Both the position numbers and the translations under genes were made by a program. From positions 892 to 64,891 of the forward strand of contig CAAGDF010000003.1 of NCBI GenBank assembly GCA_900768525.1: DNA of 64,000 nucleotides, in the 5' to 3' direction. Positions 1 through 8,970 of this stretch are shown piece by piece. The notes under the pieces are model-generated. The model made no database searches and was not told the DNA's origin. It saw only the letters and a list, made by a program, of their open reading frames with translations. The first letter of the stretch is position 1. Every line of letters starts with the position of its first letter. The DNA is from Clostridia bacterium (GTDB lineage: Bacteria > Bacillota > Clostridia > Christensenellales > Borkfalkiaceae).

Positions 1-39
1 GGCAAGTACGACGAATTATTCAATAAGTATTTCGGATAA
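1..39 (+). CDS. 3' end of a CDS entering from upstream (...GKYDELFNKYFG*); probably the solute-binding protein of the adjacent amino-acid ABC transporter
   Basis: Frame 1 is open from base 1 to the TAA at 37-39. The tail and the position directly upstream of the permease and ATPase genes fit a polar amino-acid binding protein, but 12 residues cannot prove it. Confidence 0.4.
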   Translation, partial: GKYDELFNKYFG

Positions 40-70
40 TTAGTCGGCAAGTTGTTAAATAATATTTTTT

Positions 71-96
71 TAGCCATCGGTTGATACCGATGGCTA
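71..96 (+). other. Perfect 10-bp stem-loop between the binding-protein gene and the permease gene
   Basis: tagccatcgg (71-80) and ccgatggcta (87-96) with a 6-nt loop. The T-run precedes the stem rather than following it, so it is not a canonical terminator. It may be an intra-operon mRNA-stabilising or attenuating hairpin. Confidence 0.5.
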
Positions 97-124
97 AACG
101 CGTGTAAAAGGATAAACTTTAAAG

Positions 125-769
125 ATGAATTTTTGGACGGTTACATTAGAATTATTAAAAGGTTTTGCGGTTACCTGCGAACTTTTCGCATTGACGCTCG
201 TGTTGGCGTTGCCGTTAGGTTTGCTGATAGCGTTCGGTGCAAGGAGCAAATTCAAACCGCTGTCGGCGGTGATTAAAGTAATAATATGGGTGATCCGCGG
301 CACGCCGCTTATGCTTCAGGTCATCGCCATATATTACGGTCCCGCATTGCTTTTCCACTGGGGACTGTTACCGAGGTTTACCGCCGTTGTGGTGGCGTTC
401 GTAATAAATTACGCATGTTATTTTGCGGTGATTATCCGCGGCGGGTTAGAGGGAATCCCCAAAGGGCAGTTCGAGGCGGGCGCGGTGCTCGGTATGAGCA
501 AAACGCAAATCTTTTTCAAGATAATTTTGCTGCAGGTAATAAAGCGCATTGTGCCGCCTATGGGCAACGAGGTAATAACGCTTGTAAAAGATACCTCACT
601 TGCAAGGGTTATTCTTGTAGAAGAAATACTGAAAGTCGCGCAGGACTTTTCGGCAAAAGGTTTTATCTGGCCATTGTTTTACACGGGTGCGTTTTATCTG
701 ATTTTTGTCGGCGTGCTTACGATAATACTCGGTAAGATAGAAAAGAAACTCGATTATTTCAAGGTGTAA
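125..769 (+). CDS. Amino-acid ABC transporter permease (His/Glu/Gln/Arg/opine-type)
   Basis: 214-aa multi-TM ORF with the N-terminal LxGxxxTLxLxxxxxxLxxxLG pattern typical of polar amino-acid permeases. The ATPase gene starts 1 nt after its stop. Confidence 0.9.
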   Translation: MNFWTVTLELLKGFAVTCELFALTLVLALPLGLLIAFGARSKFKPLSAVIKVIIWVIRGTPLMLQVIAIYYGPALLFHWGLLPRFTAVVVAFVINYACYFAVIIRGGLEGIPKGQFEAGAVLGMSKTQIFFKIILLQVIKRIVPPMGNEVITLVKDTSLARVILVEEILKVAQDFSAKGFIWPLFYTGAFYLIFVGVLTIILGKIEKKLDYFKV

Positions 770-770
770 C

Positions 771-1601
771 ATGTCATATTTTTCAATAGAAGGGTTAACT
801 AAAAATTTCGGAGAACTCGGCGTTTTGCGCGGTATATCGCTCGATTTGCAAAAGGGCGAAGTGCTGTCGATAATCGGTTCGTCGGGTTCGGGTAAAACAA
901 CGCTTTTAAGGTGCATAAATTTTCTTGAAACTCCGTCGTCGGGGCGCATCACGCTTGACGGCGAGGTCATGTACAGCGATGAGGAAATCAAGCGTGTTCC
1001 CGAAAAGGAGCTGCGCCGCCGCCGTATGAATTTCGGGTTAGTGTTTCAGTCGTTCAATCTTTTTCCGCAATATAACGTTCTGGATAACGTAAAACTTGCG
1101 CCCACGCTTTTTCTTAAAGAAAAGTTAAAAGAACTTAAAAAATCGGGCACGAAAAAAGCTGAAATCGATGAATTTTACCGCGAAGAACTTGCTAAAATCG
1201 ATAGCGACGCAAAACAACTTATAGAAAAAGTCGGTCTTACCGAAAAGATAAACGCTTACCCGTGCGAACTTTCAGGGGGGCAGTGCCAAAGGGTTGCAAT
1301 CGCCCGCGCGCTTGTTTTAAGCCCGAAAATTTTGTGCTTCGACGAGCCTACTTCCGCGCTCGATCCTATGCTTACGGGCGAGGTTTTAAAAGTAATAAAA
1401 TCTCTTCGCGGCGAGGGCAGGACGATGATTATCGTTACGCACGAAATGGATTTTGCCAAAAACGTTTCCGATAAAATCGCGTTTATGTCCGAGGGCGTTG
1501 TTGCCGAATACGGCACGCCGGACGAGGTCTTCAACAATTCTTCGGACGAAGAATTAAGGCGTTTTCTTGCCGCCGAAAAGAAAGAAGAAATCAATGAATA
1601 A
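771..1601 (+). CDS. Amino-acid ABC transporter ATP-binding protein
   Basis: Walker A GSSGSGKTT, ABC signature LSGGQCQRVAIARAL, Walker B ILCFDEPTSALD, H-loop VTHEM. Confidence 0.95.
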   Translation: MSYFSIEGLTKNFGELGVLRGISLDLQKGEVLSIIGSSGSGKTTLLRCINFLETPSSGRITLDGEVMYSDEEIKRVPEKELRRRRMNFGLVFQSFNLFPQYNVLDNVKLAPTLFLKEKLKELKKSGTKKAEIDEFYREELAKIDSDAKQLIEKVGLTEKINAYPCELSGGQCQRVAIARALVLSPKILCFDEPTSALDPMLTGEVLKVIKSLRGEGRTMIIVTHEMDFAKNVSDKIAFMSEGVVAEYGTPDEVFNNSSDEELRRFLAAEKKEEINE

Positions 1602-1610
1602 GGTGGAATT

Positions 1611-1871
1611 ATGAGCGAAGAACATACTTACGACGAATTGTATCGTGCAATTTTAAATCTCAAAACCGTTGAGGACTGCGAGAAGTTTTTCAGCGATTTA
1701 TGTACTTATCGCGAGCTTGACGCTATGCTCGGCAGGGTAAAGGCGGCAAAAATGCTGCTTGCGGGCGAAACGTACGAGGCGATTATCGATAAAAAAATCG
1801 TATCGTCGGCAACGCTGTCGCGCGTGTCGCGTTGCGTAAAACACGGTAACGGTTACAAAAACTTTTTATAA
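1611..1871 (+). CDS. YerC/YecD (TrpR-related) family small DNA-binding protein
   Basis: 86 aa. The pattern ...DLCTYRELDAMLGRVKAAKMLLAGETYEAI...SSATLSRVSRCVKHGNGY matches this family. Confidence 0.75.
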   Translation: MSEEHTYDELYRAILNLKTVEDCEKFFSDLCTYRELDAMLGRVKAAKMLLAGETYEAIIDKKIVSSATLSRVSRCVKHGNGYKNFL

Positions 1872-1891
1872 AAATAAATTTGCTTTGCCAT

Positions 1892-1938
1892 AAAAAAGAT
1901 ATCGCCGAAAGAGCAATTTCTCTCGGCGATATCTTTTT
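1892..1938. terminator. Bidirectional intrinsic terminator between convergent genes
   Basis: 11-bp stem gatatcgccga (1898-1908) / tcggcgatatc (1923-1933), flanked by an A-run (1892-1897) and a T-run (1934-1938). Confidence 0.85.
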
Positions 1939-1958
1939 ATGGTTTCTATTCTGAATTT

Positions 1959-1979
1959 GTCGATAATCGACCTATAGCC
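1959..1979 (+). repeat. Dispersed repeat, class A, forward: gtCGATAATCGACCTATAGCC
   Basis: Matches GCGATAATCGACYTATAGSC and is followed by ttaCTTTTT. It abuts the stop codon of the minus-strand gene ending at 1980. Confidence 0.85.
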
Positions 1980-2903
1980 TTACTTTTTAATGTTTTTTTG
2001 CTTAACGTATTTACCTTTTTTGCAGGTTACGTCGGTTACGTTGTCGGGCGTAGTGCCTAACAGCTCGTTCATCTCTTTTACGATTTTATCGCATTTCATG
2101 TTCGAGTAGTGGCAAATCACGTATTCAACGCTTTTAATGCCTTTTGCCCCGCGGCAAAACGCGCGCACGGGTGCTGCAAGGGCGAATACCCAAACGGGTG
2201 TGCATATGATAACTTTATCATATTTGTTCAAATCTTCGGGTATGCTTTCTAACGGCATATCCCATTTGTGCATATTGAACCGTCCGCACCACCAAAACCC
2301 GAGCGTCCCGTCGGTTTTTTCCGTTGTTTTAAGTTCAAAAATTTTACCGCCTGTCTTTTCGGCTTGCTCATACGCAAGTTTTTTTACGTACCCCATACGT
2401 GAAAAGTAGACTACAAGAACTTTGTCGTTCGTGCCGACCGCCGTGTAACTTTCTTCGTTTACTTTAAAACTTTCCTGCTTTTGAAAAACTATTGCCGCAT
2501 AACCCGTCAACGCCTGTAAAAGTCCGAAAACGAAATACGAGTTAGACATAAAATTGCTTTCAAAAATGAAGAATTGAATGGTTATCCACAGCATCAGCGT
2601 AACGCCGAATATGCAACCGAGTATCGCGCCTGCACGTTTTTTAAGTATCAGTAATACCGCTGCGATCAGGTTGGTAATGCCGTTGACTATAAGCAGCGAT
2701 ATGCCCGAAAAGACTAAATTTTGAAACAGCACGTCGGCAAATGGCAGTTTTCTGAGCCCCGGCAATAGCCCCGCCATGCCTGTGGCTTCGCCCGTCGGAT
2801 CGATAAGCATGGCGAGCGCGCCGCCGATCGCTCCGAGCCCGATGAATAAAGTCCAAAAAATTAGAATAATGCGCGCTACATTGTACCTGCTGTGCTTGCT
2901 CAT
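1980..2903 (-). CDS. Membrane protein with a C-terminal flavodoxin-like domain
   Basis: The N-terminal ~150 aa has 4-5 hydrophobic helices. The C-terminal part (VLVVYFSRMGY...VIICTPVW) looks like a flavodoxin fold. I chose the ATG at 2903 (MSKHSRY) because GGAGA lies 7 nt upstream; the ORF-track TTG at 2924 is less likely. Confidence 0.7.
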   Translation of the reverse strand: MSKHSRYNVARIILIFWTLFIGLGAIGGALAMLIDPTGEATGMAGLLPGLRKLPFADVLFQNLVFSGISLLIVNGITNLIAAVLLILKKRAGAILGCIFGVTLMLWITIQFFIFESNFMSNSYFVFGLLQALTGYAAIVFQKQESFKVNEESYTAVGTNDKVLVVYFSRMGYVKKLAYEQAEKTGGKIFELKTTEKTDGTLGFWWCGRFNMHKWDMPLESIPEDLNKYDKVIICTPVWVFALAAPVRAFCRGAKGIKSVEYVICHYSNMKCDKIVKEMNELLGTTPDNVTDVTCKKGKYVKQKNIKK

Positions 2904-2975
2904 AGTATCTCCTTGACCCGACAAAGCGGGAATGATTGCGTTATTATATTAGAACACGTGTTATATAACCGATGT

Positions 2976-3004
2976 ATTATATCAATACGCCATATGACTG
3001 TCAA
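2976..3004 (-). promoter_or_regulatory. Consensus sigma-A promoter P1 (TTGACA-17-TATAAT) for the flavodoxin-membrane gene
   Basis: Minus strand: TTGACA is plus 2999-3004, the spacer is 17 nt, and TATAAT is plus 2976-2981. Confidence 0.8.
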
Positions 3005-3099
3005 GCAAAAACGGTGATTTTTATTAAAAAAATAAAATATTCCCGTTAAAAAATAAAAAATTAAAAACGCAGTATTATGTGCTTGCCTATAGTATATTA

Positions 3100-3128
3100 A
3101 ATCGTCCGACTTTAAAGGGCGGACGATT
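3100..3128 (-). other. 9-bp perfect hairpin between the two tandem promoters
   Basis: aatcgtccg (3100-3108) / cggacgatt (3120-3128) with an 11-nt loop. It lies about 35 nt downstream of the P2 start site on the minus strand. Confidence 0.5.
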
Positions 3129-3165
3129 GCGCTACGAAATATAATACTTGTTATATAATAGCTGC

Positions 3166-3194
3166 ATTATATAAATGCGATATATAGCTGTCAA
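3166..3194 (-). promoter_or_regulatory. Second consensus sigma-A promoter P2 (TTGACA-17-TATAAT), a duplicated copy of the P1 module
   Basis: Minus strand: TTGACA is plus 3189-3194, the spacer is 17 nt, and TATAAT is plus 3166-3171. The surrounding ~85 bp aligns with the P1 region. Confidence 0.7.
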
Positions 3195-3384
3195 ACAAAA
3201 AAAGCAAAATATTATTAAAATTCAAAATATTTTTTATAAAAAAAGAGGAAAACGAGAAAAATCAAAGTATTATTATATGTGAAGAAAATCGGGCGTTTTA
3301 ACGTTTTGCGTTAAAAAACGAACCGAAAAGCCGAAATATTATCTATAAAAGGCGAATTTAAAACGCGATAGGTTATTGTTACCA

Positions 3385-5250
3385 ATGAAGTTTGACGAAA
3401 AGTTTATCGAACAATTACGTTCAAAACTTAATATCGTGGACGTGGTAAGCGGGTATTGCCAGCTTACGCGCAAGGGCGGTTCTTATTGGGCTTGTTGTCC
3501 GTTACCCGGGCACAGCGAAAAGACGCCCTCTTTTGCCGTGAACGAAGCCGGTCAGTTTTATAAATGTTTCGGCTGCGGCAAGGGTGGCGACGTCATCAGG
3601 TTCGTTATGGAAATGGAAAGCCTGTCCTTTTACGAAGCGGTAAAGCTGCTTTGCGAAAAGGCGCATATACCTTTGCCCGAGGACGTCGACGGCAAGAGCG
3701 ACGAAAACACTCACAAAAAATTTGCCGAAAAAGAAAGACTGCAAACACTCATGCGCGACGCTGCGTTGTTCTATGTTTTGCAGCTGAAAAATCCCGCGTG
3801 CGAGGCACACAGAAAATATATCGAAAAGCGCAGGCTTACAAAGCGAGAGGTGACTGTTTTCGGTTTAGGCGCATCGCCCGACTATGATTCGCTTGTGGAA
3901 TATCTTGCCCAAAAGGGCTATACTATGGAAGAGGCTCTTTTGGCGGGGGCGATTCAGCGCAGGCGGCAAAAAGAGGGCGACGAAAAGCGGCGTGTAAGAA
4001 CCGACGGCAAAACCGATAAAAACGGCGCGCCTTTGCGCGACTATTTCGACGCGCTTGCAGGTCGATTGATTTTTCCCATAATCGACGGGTTCGGTAAGGT
4101 AATTGCTTTCGGCGGGCGCATGCTTGAAAAGACCGATTTTGCAAAATACAAAAACACAAGCGACAGCGTGCTGTTTTCCAAACGTAAAACATTATATAAT
4201 GTAAACAATCTGAAAAAGGAAAAAAATGCGCGTGGTAAACTCGATTATGCGATAATGGTTGAAGGGTACATGGACACCATTGCGCTGTACAAAGCGGGTT
4301 TCAAAAACGTGGTTGCGAGCATGGGCACGTCGCTCACGGTCGAGCAGGCGCGTATGCTCAAACGCTATACCGACGTTGCGCTCATTTGTTACGACGGCGA
4401 CAAAGCCGGGCAAAACGCAACCGTGCGCGGGCTTGAAATTTTGCGTGACTGCGGGTTAGAAGTGCGTGTGGTTTCTCTGCCCGACGGCAAGGATCCGGAC
4501 GAGCTTATAAACGAGCGCGGCGCAAAAGCCTATCAGGAACAACTCGACAAGGCGTTGCCGCTTATAGATTTTAAACTCAAATGCGTTAGAAATACGTACG
4601 ATATAAACACTGTTTCCGGCAAGCGCAAGTATATAGACGAAAGCCTCAGAGTTATAGGCGAGTGCAAAAACAGGTCGCTGCAAGAAGAACTTTTGAAGAA
4701 ACTGCGCGACGAAAGCGGTATAACGTACGAGTCGCTGCGTCGCGACCTTGATAATTCTGACGACAACGATGTAGCGGACAAGCCTCTTGCCGTTGCGCCC
4801 GAAATAACACTTAACGATAACGCCGACGCTTACGCCAAAGCCGAGCGTTTTGTGCTTGATTCGTTCATCAAAGGTCAGTCGTACGCGAAAGGAACGCCCG
4901 ACGAGTTCGAGTATACCGACGCGTTCCGCACCGAGGTTGCCGAGTACGTTGCGGCAAAACTGCTGCTCGGTCAAAAGGTGGAAGCCGATAAACTGCAATC
5001 GCTTGCGGACGATAACACGCTGCCCGAGCTTATGCGCATTTTAGAGGCGAGCGAAGCGGTGGACGATGCGGTCAGGAACGGTTATTTTGTCGACTGCGTG
5101 GCGTTTTTGAAAGAGCGGACGATTAACGAACGCCTTGCAAAACTCAAGGTCGATTACAAAAACGAAACCGACGTTGCCAAGCGCAAGGAAATCGCCGCCG
5201 AGATAGCCAAGCAGACCATTGCGCTCAGTATGCTTAAAAAGAAACGTTAA
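3385..5250 (+). CDS. dnaG: DNA primase
   Basis: CHC2 zinc finger (CCPLPGHSEKTPSF...CFGCGKGGD), Toprim motifs (VEGYMD, YDGDKAG), and the usual position upstream of rpoD. ATG at 3385 (MKFDEKF). Confidence 0.95.
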   Translation: MKFDEKFIEQLRSKLNIVDVVSGYCQLTRKGGSYWACCPLPGHSEKTPSFAVNEAGQFYKCFGCGKGGDVIRFVMEMESLSFYEAVKLLCEKAHIPLPEDVDGKSDENTHKKFAEKERLQTLMRDAALFYVLQLKNPACEAHRKYIEKRRLTKREVTVFGLGASPDYDSLVEYLAQKGYTMEEALLAGAIQRRRQKEGDEKRRVRTDGKTDKNGAPLRDYFDALAGRLIFPIIDGFGKVIAFGGRMLEKTDFAKYKNTSDSVLFSKRKTLYNVNNLKKEKNARGKLDYAIMVEGYMDTIALYKAGFKNVVASMGTSLTVEQARMLKRYTDVALICYDGDKAGQNATVRGLEILRDCGLEVRVVSLPDGKDPDELINERGAKAYQEQLDKALPLIDFKLKCVRNTYDINTVSGKRKYIDESLRVIGECKNRSLQEELLKKLRDESGITYESLRRDLDNSDDNDVADKPLAVAPEITLNDNADAYAKAERFVLDSFIKGQSYAKGTPDEFEYTDAFRTEVAEYVAAKLLLGQKVEADKLQSLADDNTLPELMRILEASEAVDDAVRNGYFVDCVAFLKERTINERLAKLKVDYKNETDVAKRKEIAAEIAKQTIALSMLKKKR

Positions 5251-5473
5251 AATTCGTGCGCTATTAAAGCGCGATTTTTTGCGGGCAATCAATATATAAA
5301 ATATAAAGAATAAATCGCCGCCGATAAAACGAATACAGCGGCAATAAAATAAGAGAATTTCGTTTGTTTTGTGCTTTCGGCAGCCGTAGCTGTTGCTTTT
5401 GAATAGCCGTAAGGCTGTCGTTGTAGCGGTTGCTCGGGCAATATAAAGCAAGCGATAATCGATAAAACGGAGG

Positions 5474-6541
5474 ATGAAAAATACAATGGGTGTTTCCGAT
5501 CAATTTCTTGAGGAAATAACAAAATCGCTTATCGAAGAGGGCAAAAAAGCGGGTTCGCTTTCGTCCGACTATCTGTGCGACAAACTTGACTCGATCGAGG
5601 CGAGCGGAGAGCAGGTAGATCAGATTTACAAAGCACTCGACGAAGCACACATCAACATTGTCAACGACTACGAGAAGGACAAAGATCTTTACGATCAACT
5701 GCTCAAAGAAATCAACATGGACGACCCCGTCAAGATGTACCTTAAGGACATCGGGCGCGTGCCTCTTCTTTCGCCGGAAGAGGAAGTCGAACTCGCAAAG
5801 CGTATGGCGGAGGGCGACGAATCGGCAAAACTTCGCCTTTCCGAAGCTAACCTGCGTCTGGTCGTTTCCATCGCAAAAAGATATGTAGGGCGCGGAATGC
5901 AGATCCTCGATCTTATTCAGGAAGGCAATCTCGGTCTTATGAAAGCGGTCGAAAAGTTCGATTATCAAAAAGGTTTCAAATTCTCGACTTATGCCACATG
6001 GTGGATTCGTCAGGCAATCACAAGGGCGATCGCCGATCAAGCTCGTACCATAAGAATTCCCGTGCATATGGTAGAGACCATCAACCGTCAGGTCAGGGTT
6101 TCGAGAATGCTTTTGCAAAAACTCGGTCGCGAACCGACCGCTGCGGAGATAGCCGAAGAAATGGGTATTTCCGAATCGCGCGTTATGGAAATTCAAAAAA
6201 TCGCGCAAGATCCCGTTTCGCTCGAAACGCCTATCGGCGAGGAAGAGGACAGCCATATCGGCGATTTCCTCGAGGACGAAACGGCTACCGCCCCCAGCGA
6301 TACCGTCGCTTTCACAATGCTTAAAGAGCAACTCATCAGCGTGCTCGACACTCTCACCCCGCGTGAAGAAAAGGTTTTGCGTTTGCGCTACGGCATAGAC
6401 GACGGCAGACCGAGAACGCTCGAAGAGGTTGGTAAAGAGTTTAACGTTACGCGTGAAAGAATTCGTCAGATCGAAGCCAAAGCGCTCAGAAAACTCAGAC
6501 ATCCATCGAGAAGCAAACGCCTTAAAGATTTTCTTGACTAA
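5474..6541 (+). CDS. rpoD: Primary RNA polymerase sigma factor (sigma-70/SigA)
   Basis: Regions 1.2-4.2 are all readable: [12 protein letters not shown], the RpoD box [18 protein letters not shown], and [38 protein letters not shown] is present. Confidence 0.97.
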   Translation: MKNTMGVSDQFLEEITKSLIEEGKKAGSLSSDYLCDKLDSIEASGEQVDQIYKALDEAHINIVNDYEKDKDLYDQLLKEINMDDPVKMYLKDIGRVPLLSPEEEVELAKRMAEGDESAKLRLSEANLRLVVSIAKRYVGRGMQILDLIQEGNLGLMKAVEKFDYQKGFKFSTYATWWIRQAITRAIADQARTIRIPVHMVETINRQVRVSRMLLQKLGREPTAAEIAEEMGISESRVMEIQKIAQDPVSLETPIGEEEDSHIGDFLEDETATAPSDTVAFTMLKEQLISVLDTLTPREEKVLRLRYGIDDGRPRTLEEVGKEFNVTRERIRQIEAKALRKLRHPSRSKRLKDFLD

Positions 6542-6552
6542 TCAAAAAGTCC

Positions 6553-6573
6553 GCCTATAAGTCCGTTATCGGC
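6553..6573 (-). repeat. Dispersed repeat, class B variant, reverse: gcctataagtccgttatcggc (= GCCGATAACGGACTTATAGGC)
   Basis: Shares the GCCGATAACGG..YTATAGSC pattern with the copies at 41520 and 56532. It ends 8 nt before the trmK ATG. Confidence 0.75.
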
Positions 6574-6581
6574 ACTTTGAT

Positions 6582-7235
6582 ATGAATAAAAGATTAGAAA
6601 TTATTTTTTCCGAGATACCCGCTTGCTTGTCTTTTGCGGACGTCGGGTGCGATCACGGATACATTGCCAAAGCCGTGCTCGACAGCGGAAAATGCGATGA
6701 CGTTGTAATATCGGATATTTCCGCGCCGAGTTTAAACAAAGCCGAAAAACTGCTTAAACGTTATATCGATTGCGGCAAAGCGCGCGCCGTCGTTTGCGAC
6801 GGACTTAGGCTTGTGCCCGAGCGTAACACCGTGCTTATATCGGGTATGGGAGGCGAGGAGATTATCAAAATTTTATCCGAAGCGCCGTTTAAAACCGAAA
6901 GGCTTATTCTTTCGCCTATGAAAAATCAGGATAAAGTGCGGGCGTACCTGCTTGAAAACGGCTACGGCATAACCAAAGATTACACGTTTTGCGATCAAAG
7001 GTTTTATCATCTTATAATCGCCGAGTTCGGTAAAAATATCGAACCGTATACGGCGGTCGAACTTGAATTCGGGCGCGACAACTTAAAACTGCGTCCGACG
7101 GACTTTATTCTCTACATAAAAAAGGAACTTGAAAAAGCCGAAACATACAAGAATAAGGTCGTATCTAAGGAAGATAAAGAACTTTTTGAGCAAAGAATAA
7201 AAAAACTGAGGGGAATGATAAATGAAAATCAGTGA
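6582..7235 (+). CDS. trmK: tRNA (adenine22-N1)-methyltransferase
   Basis: ADVGCDHGY, ISGMGGEEI and LILSPM motifs, and the conserved position after rpoD (B. subtilis yqfN context). Confidence 0.85.
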   Translation: MNKRLEIIFSEIPACLSFADVGCDHGYIAKAVLDSGKCDDVVISDISAPSLNKAEKLLKRYIDCGKARAVVCDGLRLVPERNTVLISGMGGEEIIKILSEAPFKTERLILSPMKNQDKVRAYLLENGYGITKDYTFCDQRFYHLIIAEFGKNIEPYTAVELEFGRDNLKLRPTDFILYIKKELEKAETYKNKVVSKEDKELFEQRIKKLRGMINENQ

Positions 7236-7989
7236 AATTTTGTCGCTTATGGATGGAAAAGCACCGCTCAAATTATCGACGGGGGCTTGTTCAATGCTGG
7301 GTATGTATGATAACAGCGGGTTGATTTTAGAAGGCAGAGAGCTTGAAACCGACGGCGTAATATTTGCGCTCGACCTCAACAAGGCAGTGGTAGAACTTGC
7401 CAAAAAGTCGGGCTATAAGTTGATTATCACGCATCATCCCGCAATTTATCGCCCCGTAAAAAACGTTATGCAAGGCGTGTACACCGCGTGCATAGAAGCG
7501 GGTATAACCGTTTATTCGTCGCACTTAAGTTTGGATACCGCGGTCAACGGAATAGACGACGGCTTGGCTAAACTTTGCGGTGCGAAAGACTTTGAAATTC
7601 TTGAGCCGACCGTTGACGGAAGAGGTTTCGGCAGGGCGTTCGGCGTAGAAAAAGATACCTTTAACAATAAGGTAAAACAAATCACCGAAAAAATCGGAAC
7701 TACAAAATATCTGGCTTTCGGCGATCCCGATACGCAAATAAACGGTATTGCTACCTTCTGCGGGGCGGGGTTAGACGAGGCTGCGATTTACCGTGCGGGA
7801 AGCAGCGAAATGCTCGTTTCCGCCGATATACCGCACCATGTACTGCTTGCCGCGTTGGAGCAAGGCAAGTGCGTTTTGCAACTTACGCATTACGCAAGCG
7901 AGGCTGTCGCCATGCAAAATTTTGCCGATGCGATTTGCCGTGAAAATAAAATAAATTACCGTTTTTATCTCGACCGAAGATTTATGTAA
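7222..7989 (+). CDS. Nif3-like dinuclear metal-centre protein (YqfO family)
   Basis: LIITHHPAIYRP and HYASE motifs. It overlaps trmK by 14 nt, and the trmK-nif3 pairing is conserved. Confidence 0.85.
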   Translation: MKISEILSLMDGKAPLKLSTGACSMLGMYDNSGLILEGRELETDGVIFALDLNKAVVELAKKSGYKLIITHHPAIYRPVKNVMQGVYTACIEAGITVYSSHLSLDTAVNGIDDGLAKLCGAKDFEILEPTVDGRGFGRAFGVEKDTFNNKVKQITEKIGTTKYLAFGDPDTQINGIATFCGAGLDEAAIYRAGSSEMLVSADIPHHVLLAALEQGKCVLQLTHYASEAVAMQNFADAICRENKINYRFYLDRRFM

Positions 7990-8097
7990 ATTCGTGATTT
8001 TACTGTCACGTTTGTCATATAATTCATACCGATACGCACCGCCACACGCGCAAAACGTTGTGTTTTGCCGCAAATTTTAATATTTTGCATATTATTC

Positions 8098-8126
8098 TTG
8101 TAAAAAGCGTTAAAATGCGGTATAGT
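8098..8126 (+). promoter_or_regulatory. Sigma-A-type promoter (TTGTAA-17-TATAGT)
   Basis: TTGTAA at 8098-8103, a 17-nt spacer, TATAGT at 8121-8126. It sits about 40 nt upstream of the 8164 CDS. Confidence 0.55.
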
Positions 8127-8163
8127 CGTAGGGTAGAACCGAGTAAAAACGCGGAGGTATAAA

Positions 8164-8877
8164 ATGTCTGTTATAGAAAAACTTCTTGCCTATCAGGAAG
8201 AGGACAAAAAACTTTTTGCAATCGAAAAACAGCTTAAAGACTGTGAAGCACGTAAAAACGGCGTTAAAGCGCGTAAGTTTTTATCTACCGTAAGCGAAAC
8301 GCTTGCCGGTATCGAGGCGAAAGCCAGTGAGCTTTGCGGTTTATACAAATCGCTGACCGGCGAACTTGAAGCGATAAAGGAAGATAACGCTGAATTCGGC
8401 GCGATCGCCGAGGGCGTTACCGACGAAAAGGAAATCGCTTATTTGCGCGGCAGAGCCGACGAACTCGGCAAAAAACTCGACGAACTTATGAAAAAAGTTC
8501 AGCGCACCGAAGCCGAAATGGCTGAAGTCGCCCGTCAGTACGCAAAACTGCGCAAAGAAACCATGTTCTACCAGGAACAATTAAAGGTTTCCGGCGAAGA
8601 ATATGATAAATTCAAAGCTCCGTTCGAGCCGGAAATCAAAAAGATCGACGCGGCTTTAAAGGTTCTCGCAAAGGATATTCCTGCGGAACTTATGGAAAAA
8701 TACGCCGAAAAGAGAAAGGATAAACGTTTCCCGATTGTGTACGGACTTTCCGAAAAGGACTGCCACTGCGGCGGTTGCGGAACCGAACTTTCGATGAAAC
8801 AACTCGACAAACTCAAGAAAGAAGATTCTATAGTCGAATGTGAAAACTGCCGCGTTTTGTTATTCAGGGCAAAATAA
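8164..8877 (+). CDS. Coiled-coil protein with a C-terminal C4 zinc ribbon (COG1579-like)
   Basis: Long heptad-rich region followed by CHCGGCGTELS...CENCRVLL. This family commonly follows nif3. Confidence 0.75.
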   Translation: MSVIEKLLAYQEEDKKLFAIEKQLKDCEARKNGVKARKFLSTVSETLAGIEAKASELCGLYKSLTGELEAIKEDNAEFGAIAEGVTDEKEIAYLRGRADELGKKLDELMKKVQRTEAEMAEVARQYAKLRKETMFYQEQLKVSGEEYDKFKAPFEPEIKKIDAALKVLAKDIPAELMEKYAEKRKDKRFPIVYGLSEKDCHCGGCGTELSMKQLDKLKKEDSIVECENCRVLLFRAK

Positions 8878-8895
8878 AGCAGCTAAAGAAAATGA

Positions 8896-8915
8896 CCGTT
8901 AATCGACCTATAGCC
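8896..8915 (+). repeat. Dispersed repeat, class A, forward: ccgTTAATCGACCTATAGCC
   Basis: It lies 19 nt after the stop codon. Its CCCGACTTT tail forms the 5' arm of the hairpin cccgacttt/aaagtcggg (8914-8937). Confidence 0.8.
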
Positions 8916-8970
8916 CGACTTTTTATACAAAGTCGGGCGGAGATTAAATAACCTTTAAGGGGAGAAAGAG

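Noticed and set aside
71-96. The hairpin after the first (partial) gene, considered as an intrinsic terminator
   Set aside because: The T-run precedes the stem instead of following it on the plus strand, and an A-run follows it on the minus strand. It is kept only as a generic stem-loop.
871-888. gtcgataatcggttcg, a half-match to the dispersed repeat inside the ABC ATPase gene. Similar partial matches occur at 5452-5462 (gcgataatcga), 33476-33496 (prs) and 43126-43142 (yajC).
   Set aside because: Only 9-12 nt match. In the coding cases the match is explained by the coding sequence (for example LSIIGSSG of the Walker A region), and the TATAGSC half is absent or shifted. I do not count them as copies. 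Further degenerate candidates at 12258-12283, 30408-30428, 41467-41487 and 63618-63640 are too diverged to call.
5264-6502. 412-aa ORF on the minus strand, the longest unexplained ORF in the track
   Set aside because: It lies entirely antisense to rpoD, whose sigma-70 regions are unmistakable. The antisense translation is low-complexity (F/R/L-rich), has no recognisable motif and has no RBS. It is a typical shadow ORF.
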